From: Macrostomum hystrix
Taxonomy: Eukaryota; Animalia; Platyhelminthes
DNA: 64,000 nucleotides
Direction: 5' to 3'
Assembly: GCA_950097015.1 (NCBI GenBank)
Contig: CATNEN010000030.1
Span: 1,488,001 to 1,552,000 of the forward strand
In this document: in pieces, positions 34,001 through 46,000 of the stretch
Numbering within the stretch: the first letter of the stretch is position 1
Layout: the number at the start of each line of letters is the position of its first letter
Program-made: the position numbers and the translations under genes
The notes under the pieces: generated by a model
Databases searched by the model: none
Seen by the model: the letters and a program-made list of their open reading frames with translations, nothing else
What the model was told of the DNA's origin: nothing

Positions 34001-37000
34001 ACGGACCCTCAAAATCTGCACAACTACCTTCATCGATGGACAATAGAATGGTGGGGTGTCTGATGTTGAGTAGTTAATATAGCCACTGAGCATCAAAGGC
34101 ACGGCTGGGTGGCTGTGCACTACAGCACACCGACATAATGCCGCGTATTGAACTGCGCGACACTTTGACGCCCCCCCAATGGCAGTAATAGAATGGAACG
34201 CCAACCTTTCGCAACACTGGCACTAAAGGCTGGTCACAGTAGCCGCCAGCGTGTTTGTTTTCTCCTCTCTCATCTCTTGGCTCGCCACCCGCGTTCAGTT
34301 TTTTATTCCCCCGCCCTGCTTCAGCCTCGTCTTCTGCTTCATTCTGCTCCGCGTTTTTCCTCCATTTTAACGTCAGCTGCCGCTGCCGCTGCTGCCATCA
34401 TCTTACACAAATCCCCACTTCGTGGCACGCGCACGGGGTCGCGATAGAGATTATAAGAAAAACTTGGCTGCATTCCGACCAGTGTGGAAGGAGGCGGGCC
34501 ATATATGTATATACAGTATATGCCGCACTGCACCGCTTGCTGCTTGACAGAGTTGGGCTTGGAAATAAAATGAAATAGACTCCCCACTACCAGATAGCAT
34601 CCGTTGGTTGGTATATCAGATCTGCCTTCTTTAAAGGAAGCTTGCCATGAAGGTACAAAGGGCGAGCCAAAGGTTTATATTGAATGTGCTGTGTGGCAAT
34701 TCAATTGTCTGCTTTGCAGCGAAACACAATTTTTGCGATTAACGCGATTATATCTGACGGGAATAGAATTCTTAAGCTCCGGTTTTTGGAAAAATTGAAA
34801 ATATACCAACTGTTGCTTGCTGTTCCGATATTTTATTTTTGTTTTCATTTTACACCGGCAGCAGACAGTGGCGATCGTATTGGGGATGTTTCTGAATAGG
34901 ACAAATGGAACTAGGGATCAAGGAAGAAAATGTTCGTGCCTGAAACGTGGTGTTAGTGATTAAAATAATCTATAAGCGCGCTTGAGATTATCAATCCATA
35001 ACAACCGTTGACTCATTAGACCCGAGATTATCAATTTATAACAACCGTTGACTTATTGGACCCGAGATTATCAATCCATAACAACCGTTGACTCATTGGA
35101 CCCGAGATTATCAATTTATAACAACCGTTGACTCATTGGACCCGAGATTATCAATTTATAACAACCGTTGACTCATAGGACCCGAGACTATCAATCCATA
35201 ACAACCGTTGACTAATTGGACCCGAGATTATCAATTTATAACAACCGTTGACTCATTGGACCCGAGATTATCAATCCATAACAACCGTTGACTCATTGGA
35301 CCCGAGACTATCAATCCATAACAACCGTTGACTCATTGGACCCGAGATTATCAATCCATAACAACCGTTGACTAATTGGACCCGAGATTATCAATCCATA
35401 ACAACCGTTGACTTATTGGACCCGAGACTATCAATCCATAACAACCGTTGACTCATTGGACCCGAGATTATCAATTTATAACAACCGTTGACTCATTGGA
35501 CCCGAGATTATCAATCCATAACAACCGTTGACTCATTGGACCCGAGATTATCAATCCATAACAACCGTTGACTCATTGGACCCGAGATTATCAATTTATA
35601 ACAACCGTTGACTCATTGGACCCGAGATTATCAATTTATAACAACCGTTGATCTTTGACTCATTGGACCCGAGATTATCAATCCATAACAACCCTTGACT
35701 CATTGGAGCCGAGATTATCAATCCATAACAACCGTTGACTCATTGGACCCGAGATTATCAATCCATAACAACCGTTGACTCATTGGACCCGAGATTATCA
35801 ATCCATAACAACCCTTGACTCATTGGAGCCGAGATTATCAATCCATAACAACCCTTGACTCATTGGAGCCGAGATTATCAATCCATAACAACCGTTGACT
35901 CATTAGACCCGAGATTATCATCAATTACAACCGTTGACTCACTAATACATAATATATCCTATCGTTGATGAAACTACATCACGAATACAATCAAAGTACT
36001 TTCAAGTTGGCCTCGGCTTGAGAAACATCTGTCGCGTGTTCCAGCTTCAGCTGCCGACCATGCAGACGATCTGGCCGAGAGATAAATAACTATTTTGTTG
36101 TTCCGGCCGTTGGCAATTGTTCGCATAATTTATCTAACTTTAGTCCAATGATTAAGCGCGGCAGCTTGCCTCCTGCCTGCTCTAAGGCCTTGCTTTGTAG
36201 GAGCAAGCAATCGCTCTTTTTTTAGTCCTGGTTGGGACAACAGCAGTTGAGGCTCCTAATCTATGGATGTGGGTTTGGGATTAGCTCCCACTGTTCAGGA
36301 TGAGTTTACTCCAACCCTTCCTCACGCCGACCAGACAGTCAGTCTTCAATGCAGTTTTGGCTTCTTCTGTCGGGGAGATCCTCAATAAATCACCGCCGCA
36401 TCCTGTGCCAACCTCCCCCTCCTACCCGCTATCCGCGGCTGGTGTAACAGAGTAGGAAAAAATAGATACTGAACAGCGGAGCAGGGAGAAGGGATCTGAC
36501 AAGCGCGGATCTGACGGGCCAGACTATTAGACACCGGTGCCGGCATCGGCGTGCCAAAGAAGACCTGCGCGAACAGGAAGCCAGTCTGCAGACCAAGCCC
36601 TGAGCATTGTCATCATCCTGACGATGAAAATCCTGACAATATCGGCTGTGAATAGCCACGCTAAGTTCTCTCTGTAATTGAATCCTTTCTCAAGTCCTTT
36701 ACTTATCACCTACGTATGGAGGGGGCAATATATTCTCTTCCCATCTGCCCTGTCAGACACCTTTCCTCATCGTCTCCCTGTTTGTTCAGGAAAGGGATAA
36801 AAATGCGAGAAAGGTCCGGCGAAAATTTACAACGCCGCCGCGACTCCTTTATAGAGAACAATTTCCTGCTTCTTAAGTGCAAAAAGCGCAAAATCCTTGT
36901 TTTTACAACCAAGCGAATGGCGATCACTACGAATTTATAACCTGGCAGCGCAACCTTGCTAATCAAACTGCAACAATGGGTCACCATTCCCAATGGATTA

Positions 37001-40000
37001 TCGGTTTGTTATAATGAGGTGCATTAGAATGATAACGATTAGTCAGTGCCTTATGGTCTCTGGTCTCGGTGCCTTATTTCGCAGTGCACGCGGTGCTTAT
37101 CAATTGTCTCTCAGATTGGCAAAATGCAATTATCGACTCAATCAGCGAGCCGGTGCGGCGGGCGGTGCGTATTAGAAAATTCAGAGAAAGCAGCAAAGCA
37201 CAAGCAAGATTAATAAGCATTTAAGCCAGCAGACCAGAATTATATTAAGCAAGAGGTATTGCCGTTAAAGCTGAGAAAAAATATATATTAAATTTGTTAG
37301 AAATAACTGCGGCACATTAAGCTATGTTTGTAGTACTTGTTCATTGATTTCACCAGCTCTAATTGTTTTATTCACCAAAAATTCACCTGTGCCACAGTTA
37401 TTTATAGTCAATCCGAATCACCAGGCATAAGTTAAGTATTTAGTAATAGCCAAGCGAGAGGTAAGCGACACAAAGCGATAGGCAGACATGCTAAAGTTTG
37501 CTTGCGACTGATTAACTAAATAATAAATATTGCCATAAATAATATGATTTGTGATTAAACATTTTTTAGATTGTGCTACAAAATTTACAAGGTAAGGCAG
37601 ACTTCCGCAGCAGGGGGCTAAGCCAGCCGCTGCATGCTGCTGCTGCTGCTGCTGCTGCTGAAGCATAATAAACGACGCCTCATCACTGCTCGGGTCCAGC
37701 TTCCTCTTCTTTGCAGCTCCAGCCAACAGCAGCGCCTCTGGCTGCTGCTGCTGCCCGACGGCGGCTGCAGCTGCAGCAGCGGCTGCGGCCTGTTGAAAAG
37801 CCGCTGCCGCAGCTGCAGCTGCCGCCACAGGGGCGCCGCCCGAAGTGAAGCTGCTGCAGCCGCTATTTGGGTAGCAGCTCTTTCAAAGAAAAAGTAAGAA
37901 ACAGAATGGCGGAAAAGCAAAAAATGGGCTATCACGCAAAAGCTGCGGCGCAAGTTAGTAAAAACTTTAATCGATTACTGCTTTCAGCTTTGCTAGCTTT
38001 TGGATTTGCGAACACGGACCCCACATGCACAAGAAGCACCAGGCAATAATCACTAGAACACGCCTTGCGTGTTCGTCCTGTCAAACAAATAATTGTACTT
38101 GTTCTATATCATCATGAAACTAATTTGGACACTCAAGTTGCATGCTCACTTAAACAATTCATAATTCCACACCTCAAGTGGGATGTTTTCCTGTTCTACG
38201 AGTATTAATCGAATCTTGCCGAATCGAGCAAGCAGTTCGAAAATGCACCTGGCTACTCTGCTGGCTAATTGTAGGGCAGGGTGGGGAGGACAGGGTTTTC
38301 TAAAGACAGTCGATAATGGAAACAGATTTAAACACACCGAATATGACTCCCCGCTTACATAAATAGAACGGCAAGCTGAGGTGCCTGCAGAACAATAATA
38401 TGCTCAAGGGCAAGCAGACACTGACTATTATATAAGTCTAAGGGATTCGACCCCTTCTGGGATGCGCAGAATGAAAAAGGGGGAGAAAGATGGGATATAA
38501 GAAAGGATGTGTGATTAGAGACAAGAAAATTTTTGGGTGGCAGCTAAGAGTCCTCAAATTAGGCCTCCTGCTCCCGATATACCCTGCTCAACTTGAGTCC
38601 GCTGCCGCAGCTTGTCATCTGAGCGTGTGTGCGAGGCGCGTGCTCGAGTCATTTTCCTTCTTGTTTTCTATCTCTGTATCTCTCTATTATTGCTCCAGGT
38701 CCCGTTTAGTCTCGCGTGAGCAGTCCTGAGCAGTCCAAGGAGCCCCAAGACAAAGCGGGACAAAGCTAGATAGAGCCACAAGCGGAGGGGGAAGCGAAAT
38801 AGGTGCAGCGGAAGCAGCTAGATTTGAGACGACGAATTTGCCGAAGGATGAGCAGCAGCAGCAGCCGCAGAAACAACATTGGCGCCCCCTATTCTCCTCT
38901 TTCGCATCTGCAGCCCGGCCCGGTGAGCACGCAGGCTCAACTTCTCACTCCCCTTTAAAAGGAGCCTGACTTGGCCTCATTGTGTCATGCCCGCGTGCTG
39001 GAGAGCTCGATGGGGACTAACAAGTCGTCAGATGTCTTCAGATGGCAAGTGTGCAAAATGAGTCACTCGGGCAGAAATTTCGAACTCACTTTAGCAGACG
39101 AAAGGAAGCTATGAAGTTGTTAAACAGGCGCAAGCTACTTTTGCTGCTCAGGTTACCAAAGAGCGAAGTTTAATTCAGTTACTATGGCTACTCCAATACT
39201 TTTGTTGATCAGGTAACAGCCGCTAGTTTTCTCTAGTTACTTAGTCGAGCTTTCATTCATCAAATAGCTTCGTTATTCCGTTAACTTTCGTTACTAAAAC
39301 AATGTTTCGATACTTATGTACTTTCATTCTATAGCTAACTTTCGTTACTTTTATTTAATTTCGTTAATAATATAAATTTGTGTAATAACGCAGCTGTACC
39401 ATTAAGACAATTTTCCAAAAACATCAAGAGTAACGGAGTTAAATTGGGTAATTATTTTGCCCCGCTAATCCTTTCTGGTATTTATCTTTTTTGAAAACCA
39501 TCGAGTGTATTTATGGCAAGAAAATTTTAGCATCCTTGAACAATTTGGGAGGGTATATTGCTGAAGCCAACTAGTGACAAACATGGATTTTCGATGGAAT
39601 GCTATAGCAGACGGAGGGGTAAAGTTTTAGAATTTAGAATTAGAGAGTCTGATACGGCTGCATTGCGGAACTGAGGAGGGGAGAAATGGGCAGCTTGGCG
39701 GGTCGTGATTGATGGTCACTTCAAACAGCGGGCCGGTCTATAGGGCTAGTCCATACTACGAACCCGAAGCCTTTTCGCTCGGGTGACTCTATGACCAGAA
39801 AAGGCTCCCAGAGGGCAAGCAAAAAGGCTGGTGGTCCGGATCAGAGTGCCAGGAAGGCAGGCAGGCAGGCAGGCAGGCAGACAGCATGTTGAACCGCTCC
39901 TCTACTTCACATCAGAACTTGGTTAGGGCATTTGTCTATGCCTGCTTTCATGTCCGACGCCTAATCTGTCTTTTGTTGCCGCATAAAAATAGAAGCGATA

Positions 40001-43000
40001 CGCAATGATGCCACGATTCGCTTGACTTAAAGGGGTGTCCATTTTTCCGATTTTATCCCCCAACAGTTCTGCTATGCTTAGCATCCGCGGTTTCTAGGCA
40101 AACAAAAATTGGGTTAGTCTAAAGGCGCAATCTGCAACGCAAGCCCTCTTAATTCTTTTTGTTCTTATTCGATGCACAGCTTCATCGCTCCTCGGTCCTT
40201 TGCCTCCATCTCCCTCCCCTAGCAACCCCGAGAAGAAGCGGATTGTGATTCAGCAGCAAGCCAGCAAAAAGCAATCTATGAGGTAAGGATGCAACAACAT
40301 AGTGGAGTGTCTGTGCGCCCTGATCCTACCACTACAGATAGTCTACAGGGGGCCGAAAGCTTTTCTCGCAAGCAACCAGTCAAGCAGGCGAGCAACCTCT
40401 CCTCTGCCAGGAGCCGAACAAAAAAGCCAAGAGAAATGCTGTGGAGGAACTTCGAAGTTGATGAAAAGTTCGGTGCTTCTCTCTAGGCGGATGCTTTTCA
40501 GCTCTAGCGGCTGCTTTAACCCGGCTACCCTACAGCACCCACCCAGCCTCGCCTCTTCCAGACCTTCGCTCCTCCTCGCTTGGGTTTGTGTTTTTCTCGA
40601 GAGCGACTAAGTCATTAATCACCGGGTTAGCGAGCGGCCGGGACTCGAGACCGCCCTTGTGCTACGCTGCCAGACCCGGCAACCGCAAGACAAATGGTGG
40701 GGGGTTCCAGAAAGGGGGTTGAAGAGAAGGAGGCACTAAGGACTGGTTCTCTGCCCCGTTCGGATCCCTATATATCCCCTCTCCTTCGCATAATTAGCTT
40801 CTCTCTTGCTTAGCTAGGGCCAGATCCGCGAGGGTTTCTTCGCATTCCGTTTCAAATGTGTGTGTGCTTTTTCTGCTTCCACCCTTATCATGGAAACTTT
40901 GCCTTGTGGCGTATTCCATACATCGCTGAGGGATTCCAGAGCCAGCGCCTCACCCTCCCCAGATTCCCAATGTCAAAGTGCCTACGAACTGCGTCCCTCC
41001 AAGTCTAAGAAATGAGGAATAGCCACCAAGGAGACAGAAGGAATTGGCGGGGGCAAAGAAGAGGAGATTCCATCCTAAATTCGGGTGGTTCTCCTTGGCT
41101 TAGAAATGGGAGAAGGATAAGGTTTTACCCTCTCTCTTGCATCCCGCTCATTTCAGAATTTTCTCCCTACAGTCCTCGTCATTTGTCATTGGGCGCCTTG
41201 GGGGCCTGCTGATGCTGCTGTTGTTGCTGCCGCGGAATCAAGCAGAGGAGGCCGAACAGGGGGCCGCTCAGTTTGCAACCAACTGTTAGCTGGCTCCTGC
41301 CTCATCAGACTTCTGCTGTTGCCGCGAATGCATCAAGCAAGCAACATTCAGACCAGAAGGCCTCCGATACCGGGCTTGATGAGAGGGAAGAGAGAAAACC
41401 AGATTCACCTCTCAACTGCCTTGTTTGCCGTCTTTCGCTCTAGCAATAGTAATTCCAGGTGACTCACTTTGGCCGAAGATTACTTCGACCAAGGGAGCCA
41501 TTGTGGACTGGTCTGGAAGGCCTTATTACCCGATCTGGGGCACCACTCTCAGAATGTTTTACTTCGCTAATGCTGACTCACGCTCGAGTATTCGTATTTT
41601 TTACAGATAAATTTCTGCAGTTATACTGTAATAAGCCGCCATATCTCGGGACGGGATAGTTGCCCCAATGTGTAGAGCCTGATCCCCGGGATTTTCCACG
41701 CCCAGACGCCTAACCCTGTACGCCCGGACGTCTGCATCTATCTCCCACCACCATCCCCGTAGCGCAATCTGTCCTGCTGTGAGTCACATTTTCCGAGATA
41801 AGGCCCAGCCATAGTTTAATCCCAACCTTCTAAGATCCGCACGGTCTGCCTGGGACTTGGCTCGGAATAAGGGGGCAGCAGCGATGGTGGTGTGGGCACA
41901 ACAAACAGAGAGCATGTGCTGTCCTATCAATGTAATCCGATACATTCGGCCAGTTTATTTCGATTTTAGGCTAACCATAAGCCAAAGCAGGGAATTTTTT
42001 TACTATATATTTTTCTCTATTAATCCTGGCTTGTTATCTGCCGCAATGTAGATGAGGCACTGAATCAAGAGTACATTTCTTACTGAATGCGCGTGTGTAT
42101 GAACTGCGTGTCTATGTAATGAACTGCTCCGTTTATGAAATGTTTATGTAGTTTAAAATTGTGCGGACAAATTGCTCTGCTCAAACCTAACCTACACAAA
42201 ATGCCCTCAATAAACATATACAGCGCACAAAAAAATAAGTTAGCTTTAGCAATGCCCATTACGAGAATAAGAACAAACATCGGGTTCGCAATAATATTCG
42301 AAACAATGAACAACTGCGGAGTTGGAAATGTTGGCCTCGCAATTCGACCTTAATTATACAGCCACACTGCCTTGGCTGGTGCGCATTGCACAGCGAGTAG
42401 AGAGCAGATTGGATAGAAGGATTCCAAATCCACCGAGGAAGCTGCAGTAAATGTCAAACGAGTTCCAACAGATACACGTGGAGTTACTAGGCTAAATAAT
42501 TATCTTAAGAATTGCGTGCGACTCAAAGCTGGAGCACCAAAAAAATTTAATGAGAGTTCGCTCTTTCTTCAGGGATTCAAAGGCAGTGCGGTGATGGAAA
42601 CAGGATGGATAATCGACTGTTTCTGCGGACTGAAATACTGAAGATTGAAGTGTGTGTCGTACGCTTGTCACAAATCCGAATCGCTAATATTCGTAGTTCG
42701 AGCAGTGCCGTAGCTGCAATTGTTCCTATATGCCACAGCGCAGTCTCTGAGGAACGGGCGGGGAATCCAACCAATTTGGAAACTGACCAGCCTTCTGCTC
42801 GGGTGTCAGCGTAGGCCATCGAGCTATGCCAATTCCACTGGGAAGATGTGCAAGAGCGCATTTTGGCTGAATCTAGCGCCGGTCAAATGTATATGCAAAA
42901 CAGCGGGCGGCTTGGATGATGGATGCTGCGCATCAAATGCTATAGATGCCGCTAGTTGCAGAATTGTGTCACTATCTTTTCCCGATTGCCAATGGCATAA

Positions 43001-46000
43001 AGCTACAACTACTAACTGTACGAGAGCATTGCCCGGCTATAGTTACACAGGGGCCTTGCCGCCCAGTTTTTCTAACTCTGTAGTTATAAAAAATTTGTGC
43101 CGAATATGGCTAAATGGCTAAATGGCTGGCTAAAGTGAAGCCAAAGGGATGCAGTCGGCGTATTTCTCATTTATCCCCACCCCTTGTGTCTCTGGTCAAA
43201 TCTATACAATGTCCGATGGCGAATATACTTTTCCTCATTCAAAAAATTGCGCGCATTTGGCCAAACAAAAATTGTAGTCCGCTTGCCTTCATTGATGCGT
43301 AGAAGCACAGGCGCTTTCACCGGGGCCAGTGCGCAACTTCCAATAGGGGCAAGGAGGAACTATAAGGCCTTTTCCAACGCCCTGCTTATGTAAGGCTAGG
43401 TGCCTATTTCATTTATTCAATTCAATCCACAATTCTATTAATTTAGTAATCCATTTAATCCACGATTTGATTAGTTTAGCAATCCATTCAATCCGCGATT
43501 TGATTAGTTTAGCAATCCATTCAATCCACGATTTGATTAGTTTAGCAATCCATTCAATCTACGATTTGATTAGTATAGCAATCCATTCGATCCACGATTT
43601 GATTAGATTAGCAATTTATTCAATCCACGATTTGATTAGTTTAGCAATCTATTCAATCCACGATTTGATTAGTATAGCAATCCATTTAATCCACGATTTG
43701 ATTAGTTTAGCAATCCATTCAATCCACGATTTGATTAGATTAGCAGTTTATTCAATCCAAAATTGGAAGAATTTAGCAATCCATTCAATCTACAATTTGA
43801 TCCAACCATCTATAATTGCACATGAACAGTAATTTCCAATGCAATATTTGCATTGGTCTCTATGGTGAAACCAACCATCGGACTGTTCCGCAGTTCGAGC
43901 GCCAAAAGCATCTAATATTGTTCTATCAGTTTGTGTCGCATCACCGTTGATGCGTGCTTATACGCAAGCCGGCGATGCACGCGATTGTGACAGGCACCAG
44001 GCGCGGTCTCTTCGCGTGCGCGCAGCACGGATTCACAAACAGACACACTCACACAATCACACAGAGAGATAGAGAGACGGACACACCAAAATGTCAGTCA
44101 AAAATCCTCAGCCATGGCAGGAGTGTGACTGACTGACTGACTGCTCCTTTCTCGCTCTGCTCTCTAGCTCCCTCTCACTCTAGCATTGGGATTTTTAGCA
44201 ATGGGATTATGAATTATTCCTCCTATAGCTTCTAAAACGCGGCATTGGCACTATACTTGGCATCGTAGCTGGGGACTGGCTGTTGGCAAACGCATAGAGA
44301 CAGAGGAAGGGAAAAAACTGCCGCCACCTCGGGACCCCTCAGTCACGACACGTCACCTCAGCTCCATCTGCCGGAGTTCAAAGTTGCAAAAACAGCAGAA
44401 GCAGCAGCAGCAGCAGCAACCACAGACCGGGTCACGACACGGTGTCTTCAAAGAAGACAGACAAACAGCTAGACAGCTTAGCAATGTGTCAGCAGTAGAG
44501 GGATTGCATTGGTGATGTTTACCAGCTGACACACATGGAGTGGGGATATTTCCATTTCGAATTTATTCCAGCGATGGGGACAGGAGGGTAAGATAAATTA
44601 GCTATACCGAATTCTTAGCCAGTCTGTACACACTGTATATATTTTGTTGTCACTCCTGACGTATCTATAGATTAAGAATTATTTCAATTTTTTAGCAGGC
44701 GGCTAGCAACTTTAAAGTTTACTACTGTCTGGTTCTTTTTCGAAAATACCAATCAATAGTCCACAATAGCATACGAAATCAGCCCTGGTATGCACAGAAG
44801 CTATTCAGAAACATAATTGAAGACATTTAATGCCCGTTTAAAAAGTAAATATACCGGATATGTCCAGATAAATTTTCTAAGTGCCACTTTAAAGAACTTT
44901 ATTGTTTGCCCCTTTTTATGGTATCTAATATAAACAACTGTTCCAATGATATAAAAATTGTATAAAAATAAAAACAAGCATCCTAATAGCTATATTTTAT
45001 GGAGTTTTAACATAATTTTGCATTTTCCCAAGCTGTATCAAGCCGCATTTGTGCCACACAGTCTGAGCAAACAGACAGCAGACAGTATCTGAAATAGGGG
45101 CCGCCTTAGCACGAGAGCTAGTAGCCTCTATCCTCTAAGTTCTACCATTCCTGCACCTTCCATAATCCAGGAAGATCCACAGAATTTCTAAACAACACAG
45201 GGGATCAAATAGAGTAGGGGCTTGGGGGCAAGGAGATTTTAGGGATCTGGGGTGTAGAGTGGGATTTTTTCATGGGTCACCTTGCCACGACGACTTGTAG
45301 CTCAGCAGTTCCAATCCTGTCGCCTCCTCGTGGTCGCTTATAAATTTTTTGTTCGGCCAAAAGAGGATCTCAAAACTCGGAAAGAAACTTCACAATGATA
45401 AGACAGATCACGCCAGAGGGAAGTAGTTTATAGTAGTTACACACGGGGAGTGAGTGGGGGCTTCCAGCGCACACCTGGCGGCTAGGACTGGGCGCAATAT
45501 TGAAAGACCGGCGGCTTCTCCATTTCGCTCTTGTCTATAGTCTTCCCCTAGGGGTGGTGGGGCAGCAAATAGACAAGAGTTGCATGCTAAAGTTGCGCGA
45601 GGGACGTGTCAGCGAAGCAATACGATGAATAAGAGGAATAAGTTCTCACAAATTGCATACGGAGGGGACAACAGAATATTGCATTCAATGTTATGAATTA
45701 ATTCGCAACTTAAATGAACTGGAGGACTGCACCACACTTGGGACAGTTGGAGTTGGATCAGATGTACAGCCGCTTCAAATGGCTGTGTACACTTGTTCAG
45801 TCCGTGGACTGGGGAGGCCGCAACACAAACCCAAATCTCTACCGCGGCTGATGCTGAGTACCTACCTATTTTACAGCTGGGTGAACTGAGGCACTAGGGA
45901 GTCAAACTTTCGCCCTTGGGCAGAGATTCGAACTCCCGACCCTTTAGTCAGAAGTCCCTAGCCCAAATCACTAAGGCACAAGCCTAGCTGCAATTCCTTT

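Noticed and set aside
36429-36659. Minus-strand ORF with CQDFHR and VCRLASC as a candidate muscleblind ZnF3
   Set aside because: Cys/His spacing does not fit C-x7-C-x6-C-x3-H and there are no convincing splice sites.
42300-43120. Cluster of 70-130 aa ORFs suggesting a decayed retroelement
   Set aside because: No RT, endonuclease or integrase motif recognisable in any frame I read.
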